Below are positions 47,319 through 56,562 of a stretch of DNA of 64,000 bases, piece by piece (positions within the stretch are counted from its first letter, which is position 1; every line of letters starts with the position of its first letter). This DNA comes from Oscillospiraceae bacterium (GTDB lineage: Bacteria; Bacillota; Clostridia; Oscillospirales; Acutalibacteraceae). A program made the position numbers and the translations under genes. The DNA is taken from the NCBI GenBank assembly GCA_015066245.1, contig SVOS01000002.1, forward strand, positions 51,000 to 114,999. The letters run 5' to 3'. Under the pieces are notes generated by a model that was not told where the DNA came from, did not search any database, and saw only the letters and a program-made list of their open reading frames with translations.

Positions 47319-48767
47319 TTAATAGTAAATAACTGTGTATCCTGAGTAGTTCATATACTCGCAGGGGTCTACGGGAACACCGTTCTCCCAGATTTCAAAG
47401 TGGAGATGGTCACCTGTAGAATAGCCTGAAGAACCAACAGCGGCAATTACATCGCCCTGGTTTACAACTGTACCCTCGGAAACGTAAAGCTCGTCGCAGT
47501 GAGCGTACATTGTCATGTATCCGTTGCCGTGGTCAATCATAATGGTGTATCCGTAACCTGCATCATCATATCCCGAGTATGTAACCACACCTGAGTCAGA
47601 TGCGATGATATCAGCTCGGTAGATGCCTACATCAGCGATATCAAGACCTGCGTGGAAAGAACCCCATCTGTACTCAAAGAGACTGGAAATGTTGTTTGCA
47701 GCAGGAACGGGCCACTCAAAGGTACCTGTACCGGAGTTTGACTCCATTGTACCAACGACTACGATTCTGTCTGTAGGTTCCTGAAGGGTTGTACTGCTTT
47801 TAACAATAAACTCAGAAGGCTTGCCGTCAACATAAGCTAAGCGATAGTATATCTCCTGTACGCCTTCTTTGCCTTCGCTGATAACCTCACGGTATGTATC
47901 AGGCTGGCTTTCGTCATACTGATAAACTGTCTTGAACACCTTGTCGCTCTTTACAACGAAGTCGGTTTCAACTCTGACAGAAAGAGAGGTTTTTGCTCGC
48001 TCAAAAAGGTCATTCACGTTAACAAGAGTGTTAAGGGCATACACACCTCGCTTGAGCTGAACATTGTTCTTGAAAGAAACGGTTGTTGTACCGTCGTAGC
48101 CTTCTTTTGCAGAGTCAAGAAAAGATGTGAGCATAGAGTTGAGTGTTTCGTGGTCTGTGGTAGAGCCCATAAACACATCGTCTATGTAAAGACCGCAGGC
48201 ATCTTTGATAATGCCGTTGTTGCAATCAGCAAGCTTAAGGTAAACCTCAGATGCACTGGACTTTGATGTGCTGTCAAAAGGAGTTGAGAACTGCATTGTG
48301 GGGGTGACTGTGTTGGAGTGGCTGTCAGCAGAGGACAGAGCACTGTGAATCTGAGCAGTAGCCTCAGTAAGAACAGAATCATCGGAAATAGTGCCGATGT
48401 ATTTATCGTTGTAGGTTACTTTGAGAGAGTAGTCACCTGTTGTCCAGAAACAAACGGTAAATACAAACAAACCGAAAGCGAGCACAGGTATAGCCAGATT
48501 GAAGATACCTCTGGGGGTTGTAAGCTGCTTGAAAGTAGAAGTAGGCAAGCAAAGCTTACGGATGCCCTTAAAGAACTTCTTCAGTGTAAGTGTCTCCCAG
48601 GTAATGTTCTTGAATTTCTTTTTGATATGAGCGGCATCCCTTGATAATTCGGTAGGAATTCGCTTTAAAAATCTAAGAAACTTATTATTGAATTTTTCGG
48701 GTTTTTTGTTGGTTTTGAGGGTTTCGATTTTGTCGAAGCCTTCTCCGTTAATAAATTTTGTACTCAG
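47319..48767 (-). CDS. Membrane-anchored M23 peptidase with G5-like domain; probable CTG start
   Basis: HAGLD and HLHFE M23 motifs; frame is open 73 codons upstream of the track start (48548) to a CTG 7 nt after AAGGAG. Confidence 0.85.
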   Translation of the reverse strand: MSTKFINGEGFDKIETLKTNKKPEKFNNKFLRFLKRIPTELSRDAAHIKKKFKNITWETLTLKKFFKGIRKLCLPTSTFKQLTTPRGIFNLAIPVLAFGLFVFTVCFWTTGDYSLKVTYNDKYIGTISDDSVLTEATAQIHSALSSADSHSNTVTPTMQFSTPFDSTSKSSASEVYLKLADCNNGIIKDACGLYIDDVFMGSTTDHETLNSMLTSFLDSAKEGYDGTTTVSFKNNVQLKRGVYALNTLVNVNDLFERAKTSLSVRVETDFVVKSDKVFKTVYQYDESQPDTYREVISEGKEGVQEIYYRLAYVDGKPSEFIVKSSTTLQEPTDRIVVVGTMESNSGTGTFEWPVPAANNISSLFEYRWGSFHAGLDIADVGIYRADIIASDSGVVTYSGYDDAGYGYTIMIDHGNGYMTMYAHCDELYVSEGTVVNQGDVIAAVGSSGYSTGDHLHFEIWENGVPVDPCEYMNYSGYTVIYY

Positions 48768-48939
48768 AAAAATTCTCCTTAAGCAGATTTACTGCACAAA
48801 ATAAAGGTTACAACATTGTAACTCATCATAATTATAGCCGAGAATCACAAATATTGCAACCTTATTGGAGATATTTTGGGAATACGGATACACTTGCACG
48901 AAAGATAAGACGTGTATTTGTGTATTTTAACAATGTTTT

Positions 48940-49392
48940 TTAGTACTGTAAGTCGAAAATTGTAAGGTTCTTAACAATTTCGTAATATTTAGCCATTTCT
49001 GCTTTGGCACCATCAAGGTCGTGTTCTGCGGCGTTTCCGCACTCTACAGGTTTTGCACCGGGGATTTCTCCAACATGAGCAATGGCATTTTCAAGGGTTT
49101 CTGTGATAAGAGCGAGAGTGTCTTTGGAAGAAAGTTCACGCACAATAAGATAGAAGCCTGTGCGGCAACCCATAGGTCCGAAATAAATGATATTTGATGC
49201 GAATTTTGAGTTTCTTGCGTATGTAGCAAAAAGATGCTCGATTGTGTGCAAAGCGGCATTTTCGAGGTATGGGGGAGTATTGGGTTTTATAAATCTCAGG
49301 TCATAGGTGGTGATGTCACCATCAATGCGGGACACATAGCAACCGGGATTTAAAGTGTTGTGGTCAATTTTAAAGCTTGCAATCATTTCCAT
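48940..49392 (-). CDS. luxS: S-ribosylhomocysteine lyase
   Basis: SFKIDH, HTIEHL, GPMGCRTGFY, ECGN. Confidence 0.94.
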   Translation of the reverse strand: MEMIASFKIDHNTLNPGCYVSRIDGDITTYDLRFIKPNTPPYLENAALHTIEHLFATYARNSKFASNIIYFGPMGCRTGFYLIVRELSSKDTLALITETLENAIAHVGEIPGAKPVECGNAAEHDLDGAKAEMAKYYEIVKNLTIFDLQY

Positions 49393-49402
49393 TTTAATTT
49401 CC

Positions 49403-50428
49403 TCACTTATAGTTTTTAAAGCATATATTAAGGTCTACATAGCCGTCAATACCGTCAACATAACCTGTGCAGGAATACTGCCACATCATGTAGTTGTAGT
49501 ACATATCCGGTGAATCATTGTAGAATGCGTACCATATATCAACCTCAGAAAGTTTAGAAAGATCAAACTTCATGTAGGCTTTTTTGCTGTCGGTGTAAAG
49601 ACAGGGGATGTAGCCTGCTTTCTTAACAGTATCGCAGAAAGCAACCGCACAATCTGTCAGAGTTTCGGGGGTAATATCAAGGGTACGGGGATTTTCGGCA
49701 GAGTCGATCTGCTCCCAGTCAAAAACCAGCGGATAATCAAGGTAGAATCCGTCAAGAATATCAAGGCAGAATTCGGCTTCTTCTACTGCTTCTTCGGGTG
49801 TAATTGCCTGAGAGAAGAAGTAAGCACCTACCATAAGTCCTGCGGCTTTTGCTTTTCTTATGTTCTCAATTGCGTAGTCATCCTCGAAAAGCACACCTTC
49901 CTGACCGTATCCTCTGCCGCCAAGACGGACTATTACAAAGTCGATGCCAAAATCTTTAACAGCCTCGAAATCTATCTCTCCGTTGTAGGTGGATACGTCA
50001 ATACCTGCATAGGATAAAAGCTCGCCGTCCTCGTAATAGTGCATCAGCCCGTTTTCATCGAAAACGAAATTTTCTTCTTTGTATGTGCAGACGGGGACAT
50101 TTTCTATTGCGGGAATAGCCGCATAGCCAACATCATAGTTGTAAAAATCCACCATATCGCCACTTTCGGCTCTGGTGAGGGGGCTGCCCCTCTCGTATAC
50201 TGCTTTGTGGAGACTGTTTGTGCTGAGCATATTTATTGTAATGCTCAGTGCAACGCCAAGTGCAATAACTATGGCAAGAAGCACACAAATTACGGCAAAG
50301 ATTCCTTTTGAAAGTCCGAAGGGCAGCGAAAATTTCCGCTTTGGAGCTTGGGAAGTGGGGTTGGGTTCATTCTTTTCAAGGGAATCAGGCGTAGGCTTTT
50401 CGCATAGTATGTCTTTGTTTTCAATCAT
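49403..50428 (-). CDS. Membrane-anchored glycoside hydrolase family 25 (lysozyme-like)
   Basis: GIDVSTYNG, VRLGGRGYG, GAYFFSQA, FDWE, WQYS..G.V.GI.G.VDLN. Confidence 0.9.
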   Translation of the reverse strand: MIENKDILCEKPTPDSLEKNEPNPTSQAPKRKFSLPFGLSKGIFAVICVLLAIVIALGVALSITINMLSTNSLHKAVYERGSPLTRAESGDMVDFYNYDVGYAAIPAIENVPVCTYKEENFVFDENGLMHYYEDGELLSYAGIDVSTYNGEIDFEAVKDFGIDFVIVRLGGRGYGQEGVLFEDDYAIENIRKAKAAGLMVGAYFFSQAITPEEAVEEAEFCLDILDGFYLDYPLVFDWEQIDSAENPRTLDITPETLTDCAVAFCDTVKKAGYIPCLYTDSKKAYMKFDLSKLSEVDIWYAFYNDSPDMYYNYMMWQYSCTGYVDGIDGYVDLNICFKNYK

Positions 50429-50572
50429 ATACCTGTTCCTTTCAAAAATAAAATATATAGATAGGATACCACAAATTTTAAACTCTGTAAACATACAACT
50501 TGAGGTAATATGACAATTGCAAAGAATCTTGTTTTTGTATATAATATAGATATTAAGGAAAGGAGGGTTTGT

Positions 50573-50800
50573 ATGACGCAGAAACTTGGAAAGTCGGAGC
50601 TTCTCGAAGCAGTAGATAAAGTCGAGAGCATAAGCGAGCTTTTTGCTCTGGTTCAGAGAGAAACTATTGATATCCGCATGCATTCTTTTGCGTCAGCATC
50701 TAACCTTCCGCCTAAAATGCTTGATTTGACGGATACAACCGTAAGTCCCCTTGAAAAACTCAAATTTGCCGTTAAATCTGCAGTAGAAAACACAAGATAA
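50573..50800 (+). CDS. Small hypothetical protein (75 aa)
   Basis: AAGGAGG SD 7 nt upstream of ATG. Confidence 0.7.
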   Translation: MTQKLGKSELLEAVDKVESISELFALVQRETIDIRMHSFASASNLPPKMLDLTDTTVSPLEKLKFAVKSAVENTR

Positions 50801-50909
50801 CATCCGAAAAACGCCGCTGTCTTTTTACACTTTCATACAATTGGGGTTTTCGTTTAACAAAAAGAAAGACCCTTGTGCATTTGCACAAGGGTCTTGTGTT
50901 TTAATTGTG

Positions 50910-51317
50910 TCAGTTGCCGCTGCTCATGATGATTTCTGCGGTTTTGGTGCAGATAGTGTTTACTTCGTTTAAAAGCTCCTGCTTATATTTATCTCTGAGA
51001 GACTTAAGCTCGGCGATTTCTTCTTTAAGAGTAAGCACCTCGGCGGCCTTTTCCATAACGGCTTTTTCGGCTTCGTTTTTGCTGCGTTCGATGATTTCTT
51101 CCGAAAGCTTCTTGACCATCAGAAGAGCCTCGGTAACGTCTTTTTCGCGGCTTTCAAGCTCGCGGATTCGACGGTTTTTCTCCGAGAGTTCATCCAGAAG
51201 GTCCTCGACATCGTCAGCGATTTCTTCCATGGCAGAGTTTACACCCTGAGCCTCGTAATATTTACCTTTTTTAGTTATGAATTCGTAACTTTCTATTTTT
51301 GCACGGGAGATTTTCAT
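50910..51317 (-). CDS. DivIVA-like coiled-coil protein
   Basis: IESYEF...YEAQGV N-terminus followed by long heptad coiled coil. Confidence 0.6.
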   Translation of the reverse strand: MKISRAKIESYEFITKKGKYYEAQGVNSAMEEIADDVEDLLDELSEKNRRIRELESREKDVTEALLMVKKLSEEIIERSKNEAEKAVMEKAAEVLTLKEEIAELKSLRDKYKQELLNEVNTICTKTAEIIMSSGN

Positions 51318-51439
51318 ACAGATTACACCCCATAATTCTGTTTATACAGAAATATTTACTGTATTTTCTATTACACGCAGTAAAGTATAACATAAATATT
51401 GTGGTTTGTAAACTGTTATTTTCTATATTTTGTGTTATT

Positions 51440-52399
51440 TCAGATGTTTTTTGTAAGATTAAGGCTGTTAAATTCGTTTTTCAGAATGTCGCAGGACTTG
51501 TGGAGTAAATCGGTTTCTTCCTTTGTCAGGTCCAGCTCAATAAGTCTGTTAACTCCGTTTTTGCCAATTATGCAGGGTGTACCTACGAAAACATCTTCCT
51601 GACCATACTGGCCTTTAAGTCTTGCCGAAACAGTCAGCACGGTTTTTTCGTCGTTGAGAATCGCCCGTATGATTCGTGTAAGTGCAATTCCTATGCCGTA
51701 ATATGTGGCGTTTTTGGCAGAAATAATCTTTTGTGCTGCACATCTTACGTCTTCTGCAATACGTTTCATGGCAGAAGGAGCGAATTTGTGGGGGTGTTCG
51801 CTGAGAATTTTGCTGATGGGTTTGGTGGAAATCATCGCCTGACTCCAGGGCACAAACTCAGAATCTCCGTGTTCTCCGATTATATAGGCATGGACGTTTC
51901 TCGGGTCAACAGAAAAGTAATCTCCCAGAAGATACCGAAGTCGAGCAGTATCCAGAGTTGTGCCGGTGCCTATTACTTTTGATGGATTAAATCCTGACAG
52001 ATTGTAGGTTATTCGGGTCATTATGTCCACGGGATTTGTCGCAACAAGAAAAATTCCCGAAAATCCGCTTTCTGTAATGGAGTTTACAACGGATTTGAAC
52101 ACCTCACAATTTCGGTTTAATAGCTCAAGTCGGCTTTCTCCGGGCTTTTGGTTTACTCCTGCACAAATAACTGCTATTGCTGCATCTCCCAGATCGTCAT
52201 ATCCGCCTGCGTAAATCTTCATGCTTGAGTGTGAGAAGGCAAGGCCGTGATTAAGGTCCATAGCTTCGCCCTCGGCTCGCTTTTTATCAATATCAATAAG
52301 CACCAGCTCGTCACAGACATTCTGATTAAGGGCAGAATATGCAAAACTCATTCCTACCATACCTGTTCCGATTAGTGCTACTTTGCGGTTGTTGGTCAT
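51440..52399 (-). CDS. ldh: L-lactate dehydrogenase
   Basis: IGTGMVG, ICAGVNQKPGESRL, ATNPVD, GTTLDTARLR, IGEHGDSE, ATYYGIG. Confidence 0.95.
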   Translation of the reverse strand: MTNNRKVALIGTGMVGMSFAYSALNQNVCDELVLIDIDKKRAEGEAMDLNHGLAFSHSSMKIYAGGYDDLGDAAIAVICAGVNQKPGESRLELLNRNCEVFKSVVNSITESGFSGIFLVATNPVDIMTRITYNLSGFNPSKVIGTGTTLDTARLRYLLGDYFSVDPRNVHAYIIGEHGDSEFVPWSQAMISTKPISKILSEHPHKFAPSAMKRIAEDVRCAAQKIISAKNATYYGIGIALTRIIRAILNDEKTVLTVSARLKGQYGQEDVFVGTPCIIGKNGVNRLIELDLTKEETDLLHKSCDILKNEFNSLNLTKNI

Positions 52400-52402
52400 A
52401 AA

Positions 52403-52446
52403 AAATCTCACCTTTCGGGTTTATCTTTCCACAAAAGGTGAGATTT
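52403..52446 (-). terminator. Hairpin overlapping the ldh SD
   Basis: AAATCTCACCTTT/AAAGGTGAGATTT 13-bp stem immediately before a T-run and ATG. Confidence 0.6.
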
Positions 52447-52458
52447 ATTTATTTCGGT

Positions 52459-53640
52459 TTATTTAAGACGAGATAAAAAGTAATCTTCCTCTAAAGAATT
52501 GATCCAGGCTGAATATGCCGCAGGCAGGTGGTTGACCACCACGGCGGTGTTCATCATAGAATCGGCGTCCATCAGCTTGCTTTCGGACACTCCGCTGAAC
52601 ACAAATTCTGTTATTGCCGAAACCTCGGGAATTGCCTTGCAGCTAAGCATAAAAAGTCCGTGCAATAGTGGATTTTCGTTGTTCATAACTGCTGCAAGCT
52701 TCATCATATAGTCGTAGGTTGTAAGCCTCAGCCCTGCTACGAAGATTTCTTTTTCATAGTAATCCTCAACAGATGGTGCGAGAGTGGAGAGATAGCCAAT
52801 TATATCCTCTACGTCTTTGCTTTTGTTGGGAAAATCCTTCAGATCGTTGCTTGTATCCGACACATAGGCTTCTTTCATATTGCTGTAAAGTGTATCGAAA
52901 TCAGAGACTGTGCTGCTTTTTGGAAGCTCTACGGTTTTGCCGTATCGGGTGTATTCCCAACTTTCAAGGGGAATATAGCAAATAAAATCCTGAGGATTTA
53001 TGATGTTTATAATGCTTTTGTACCGACTTTGGTTTGCGTTGACAGAGGTTGTTGTATTGGGACACGCAAAGGTGTAGGCACTCACAGACTTAAAGGTGTT
53101 TTCGTCTATAAGTCGGGATGCGGTGATGTTTGCAACCGCGGCGCCTCTTGAGTGACCTGTCAGGTATACTTCGGTGGTGCTTTTTGACATAGAGTGGTTT
53201 TGCATATAACTCAGAATATTTAGGAGAACTTTGTCCGCTGCTATGGAAAAACCTGCGTGTTCAAATCCGTTTCCGATGTTAAAGTTAGAGTACCATTCTT
53301 CGTCCTTGGTGCCACGCATAATGGCAAGCAATGCGTTTTCTTTTTTGCAAAGCACCAGACCTACCTTGTTGTCAGATTTCAGGGAGTTTTCGTAGTCATA
53401 GTATTCGATATTTTCATATCCCGAATTTTCGAGCCTTGCATTAAGGCTTACGGGATAGCCTGCAATGTCGCAAAGCTCAAGGTGCTCAATAGCTGCTTTT
53501 TTGCTGAAAACAAAGTTGTCGTTGACATATATTTCGGTATTTGCAGGTTTCGGGTTTGAGCTCTGGGCATAAAAAACACCACAGCAAGCCGTAAGTATGG
53601 CCGCTGTGGCGATAAAAAGTGAAATTAATCTTCTTTTCAA
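52459..53640 (-). CDS. Secreted alpha/beta-hydrolase (class 3 lipase-like)
   Basis: Signal peptide; IMRGT..EW..NF, YLTGHSRGA, INPQDFI; TTG start at 53640. Confidence 0.8.
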   Translation of the reverse strand: MKRRLISLFIATAAILTACCGVFYAQSSNPKPANTEIYVNDNFVFSKKAAIEHLELCDIAGYPVSLNARLENSGYENIEYYDYENSLKSDNKVGLVLCKKENALLAIMRGTKDEEWYSNFNIGNGFEHAGFSIAADKVLLNILSYMQNHSMSKSTTEVYLTGHSRGAAVANITASRLIDENTFKSVSAYTFACPNTTTSVNANQSRYKSIINIINPQDFICYIPLESWEYTRYGKTVELPKSSTVSDFDTLYSNMKEAYVSDTSNDLKDFPNKSKDVEDIIGYLSTLAPSVEDYYEKEIFVAGLRLTTYDYMMKLAAVMNNENPLLHGLFMLSCKAIPEVSAITEFVFSGVSESKLMDADSMMNTAVVVNHLPAAYSAWINSLEEDYFLSRLK

Positions 53641-53653
53641 ATTGACGACCTTC

Positions 53654-55030
53654 TCAAATATTAAGTATCTGAGTGGCAATAGCAAAGTAAACTATCAGCG
53701 AAACTGCGTCAACAATTGTAGTGATAAAGGGGCTCGCCATAACAGCAGGGTCCATACCTACCTTCTTTGCAACCATCGGCAAAGAACAACCGACGATTTT
53801 TGCCACGATTACAACCACTAAGGTTGTTAAACTGACAACAAGTGCAACAGTAGGTGTGATTCCCGGCATATTAAGGAGCATTCCGTCAACCAAAAGCATT
53901 TTGCCAAAGTTAACGATAGCAAGGGTAATACCGCAGATAAATGAAACTCTGCATTCTTTAAAAATTACCCACAGGATATCCTTGAACTCAATTTCCTCAA
54001 GAGAAAGAGCACGGATAACCGTAACCGAAGACTGGCTGCCTGCGTTACCGCCTGTACCCATAAGCATGGGAATGTATGCTGTCAGTATAATAAGTCCTTC
54101 AAGTTTTTGTTCAAAACTTGAGATTATTATACCCGTAAATGTGGCAGAAATCATAAGCAATAATAACCAGGGAATACGATGCCACCATGTCTCGAAAACA
54201 CCGATTTTGGTGTAAGGTTTATCAGAAGATGTAATAGCTGCCATCTTCTGGATATCCTCGGTGGTTTCTTCTTCCATAACGTCAACCGCGTCATCGAAGG
54301 TAACGATACCCACAAGACGGTTTTCTGTGTCAACAACGGGAACCGCCAGAAAATCGTAGTTTCTGATAACCTGAGCAACTTCTTCCTGGTCATCAAGAGT
54401 ACCAACAGAGATAACATTTTCTTCCATAAGGTTTTCAATCAGCTCATCCTCATCTGCAAGAAGAATGTCCTTGATGGTAATAACACCTGCAAGTTTGCCG
54501 TCGTCATAAGTAACATAGCAGGTGTAGATGGTTTCTTTGTCAATACCTGTACGTCTGAGCCTCAGGATAGCCTGGTCAACAGTCATACTGGGACGAAGGT
54601 TTACAAACTCTGTTGTCATAATAGAGCCTGCACTGTCGTCAGGGTATTTAAGAAGCTCGTTGATTTGTTTTCTTGTTTCGGGGTCTGCCTGTCTTAAAAT
54701 ACGTTTTACAACGTTGGCAGGCATTTCTTCGATAATATCAACCGCATCATCGGCTGAAAGCTCATCGACAACGTCCTTAAGCTCGCTGTCAGAAAAGCCT
54801 TTAATCAAAAACTCTTGGGTATCCTCATCCATTTCAACAAATACATCAGCCGCAAGCTCTTTAGGAAGCATTCGGAAGAGAATCTGAATCTTGGAGTCGT
54901 GCATATCGCCGAACAATGCGGCAATATCAAAGGCATTCATCGTGGTAAGGATATCCCTGAGGGTTTTGTACTTCTTGTCATCAAGAAGCTTGTTGATAGT
55001 GATATCAACAGTCACAAAGTTCCTTTCCAT
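53654..55030 (-). CDS. mgtE: Magnesium transporter MgtE
   Basis: ADDAVD, SAGSIMTTE, CBS pair, RIPWL, GTGGNAGSQS, PAVMASPFITTIVD. Confidence 0.95.
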   Translation of the reverse strand: MERNFVTVDITINKLLDDKKYKTLRDILTTMNAFDIAALFGDMHDSKIQILFRMLPKELAADVFVEMDEDTQEFLIKGFSDSELKDVVDELSADDAVDIIEEMPANVVKRILRQADPETRKQINELLKYPDDSAGSIMTTEFVNLRPSMTVDQAILRLRRTGIDKETIYTCYVTYDDGKLAGVITIKDILLADEDELIENLMEENVISVGTLDDQEEVAQVIRNYDFLAVPVVDTENRLVGIVTFDDAVDVMEEETTEDIQKMAAITSSDKPYTKIGVFETWWHRIPWLLLLMISATFTGIIISSFEQKLEGLIILTAYIPMLMGTGGNAGSQSSVTVIRALSLEEIEFKDILWVIFKECRVSFICGITLAIVNFGKMLLVDGMLLNMPGITPTVALVVSLTTLVVVIVAKIVGCSLPMVAKKVGMDPAVMASPFITTIVDAVSLIVYFAIATQILNI

Positions 55031-55084
55031 AAGTGTTTCCTCCTAAAAATAATAGGCGGAAGTAAAAGACACTTTTCCCTCAGT

Positions 55085-55180
55085 TTATGCTGCAAGTGAG
55101 TCTGAAAACGCAGAAAATTCTGCATAAAAAACACTGCAACTTCGCCCGGGAACCGTGCCGGCACTACTTCCTGCGTCCAT
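55085..55180 (-). CDS. Putative mgtE leader peptide (31 aa, MDAGSSAGTVPGRSCSVFYAEFSAFSDSLAA)
   Basis: GAGGTG SD 7 nt upstream of ATG; stop lies 54 nt upstream of the mgtE ATG. Confidence 0.6.
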   Translation of the reverse strand: MDAGSSAGTVPGRSCSVFYAEFSAFSDSLAA

Positions 55181-55384
55181 TAAATCTCACCTCTCTAAGT
55201 AATATTATGGGTAAAAATAAAAAACTCTACCGCTATTTTATAATTTTAGTCCTTTTTTTCCTCAAAGTCAATAAAATAAAAATAAAAAATTGACTCAAAA
55301 TTTTGATTTCAGCATTACAATTTTTATCATTGAATATAAAGTTTGTTTGTGATAATATTTAGTAAAAAAGCAAGGAGAAATGAA

Positions 55385-55738
55385 ATGCTTACATTTATCT
55401 GTTACCCCAAATGCACTACCTGCAAAAAAGCCGAAAGCTGGCTTAAAGAGAATAACATTGAATATAATCTGAGAAATATTAAGGAGGAAAACCCTTCTGT
55501 TGATGAGCTCAAGGCGTGGTATCAGCTCAGCTCTGAAAATCTCAGAAAGTTTTTTAACACAAGCGGACTTTTGTATCGCTCAATGGAGCTTAAGGATAAG
55601 CTCCCGGGTATGAGCGACGACGAGATGCTTGGTCTTCTCGCTACAGACGGAATGCTTGTTAAGAGACCTTTACTGGTTGGTGATGATTTTGTGCTGATTG
55701 GATTTAAAGAAGCCCAGTGGCAGGAAAAGCTTAAATAA
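55385..55738 (+). CDS. Arsenate reductase / Spx-MgsR family protein
   Basis: YPKCTTCKKA, FNTSGLLYR, DGMLVKRP. Confidence 0.88.
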   Translation: MLTFICYPKCTTCKKAESWLKENNIEYNLRNIKEENPSVDELKAWYQLSSENLRKFFNTSGLLYRSMELKDKLPGMSDDEMLGLLATDGMLVKRPLLVGDDFVLIGFKEAQWQEKLK

Positions 55739-55790
55739 AAAGAAAAGGTGCTGAGTTTTTCAGCACCTTTTTTGTTTAAGATTTAAGATA

Positions 55791-56399
55791 TTATTTTCTT
55801 TTTTTGAAGTGTCTGAACAATGTCCACACAAGTGCCAGCACCTGAAGTACAGCAGCACAGATATAAATAAGGCTGATGTTCTGAAAGCTGGGAACAAAGG
55901 TAAAGAACAACATTTGTATTCCCAAGGCACAGGTCCACACCAGAAAACTTATGGAAAAGAACTGAATGGTGTGATTCCACCAGATGCATGCAAAAACCAG
56001 ATGAACAATGGCGGAAACCGGAATTGCCAGAATAAAGCTCATCCAAACATTGTCGGATTCGGGCAAGAATACTCTCAGCCCCACAAAGACTACAGTAGCC
56101 ACAAGCCACACAAGGATAATTGACATAATGTCAATAAGAATGTGGCGGCGCTGGCGAACAGGCAGCACCTTTTCTTCGGGTTTGTCCTCGCTCACCAGGT
56201 CATTTACGGTGATGTCAAAAATCTCAGCCATTTTGACCAGCACCATAACATCGGGCATACCATCGCCGCGCTCCCATTTGGAAACAGACTTGTCAGAATA
56301 GTTTATCATTTCAGCAAGTTTGCCCTGGGTAAGACCTGAGCGCTTTCTGAAATATGTAATATTATTAGCCAGGGTTTCTTTTAGCTTTTTTTCATCCAT
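55791..56399 (-). CDS. XRE-family HTH regulator with C-terminal TM helices
   Basis: LTQGKLAEMINYSDKSVSKWERG..PD; four hydrophobic segments. Confidence 0.88.
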   Translation of the reverse strand: MDEKKLKETLANNITYFRKRSGLTQGKLAEMINYSDKSVSKWERGDGMPDVMVLVKMAEIFDITVNDLVSEDKPEEKVLPVRQRRHILIDIMSIILVWLVATVVFVGLRVFLPESDNVWMSFILAIPVSAIVHLVFACIWWNHTIQFFSISFLVWTCALGIQMLFFTFVPSFQNISLIYICAAVLQVLALVWTLFRHFKKRK

Positions 56400-56562
56400 T
56401 TTGTTTATTTACCTCCGAAAAAGCCGTAAAAAGCAAGATTAAATCGAGACTTCTACTGTGAGTAGAGAAGAAATTTCTAATAATAGACTAATCGAAATTT
56501 TGCATTTTGTCAATAGAAAAAAGAAATGCCCTGCCAAATACGGCAGGGCAAATTTTATGCGC

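Noticed and set aside
51390-51403. NrdR-like box in the divIVA-like promoter spacer
   Set aside because: Only one half-site matches, it needs an indel, and there is no tandem partner
55031-55260. M-box (ykoK) riboswitch upstream of mgtE
   Set aside because: I could not recognise the conserved aptamer motifs or a following terminator; a leader ORF explains the region better (an Rfam scan would settle it)
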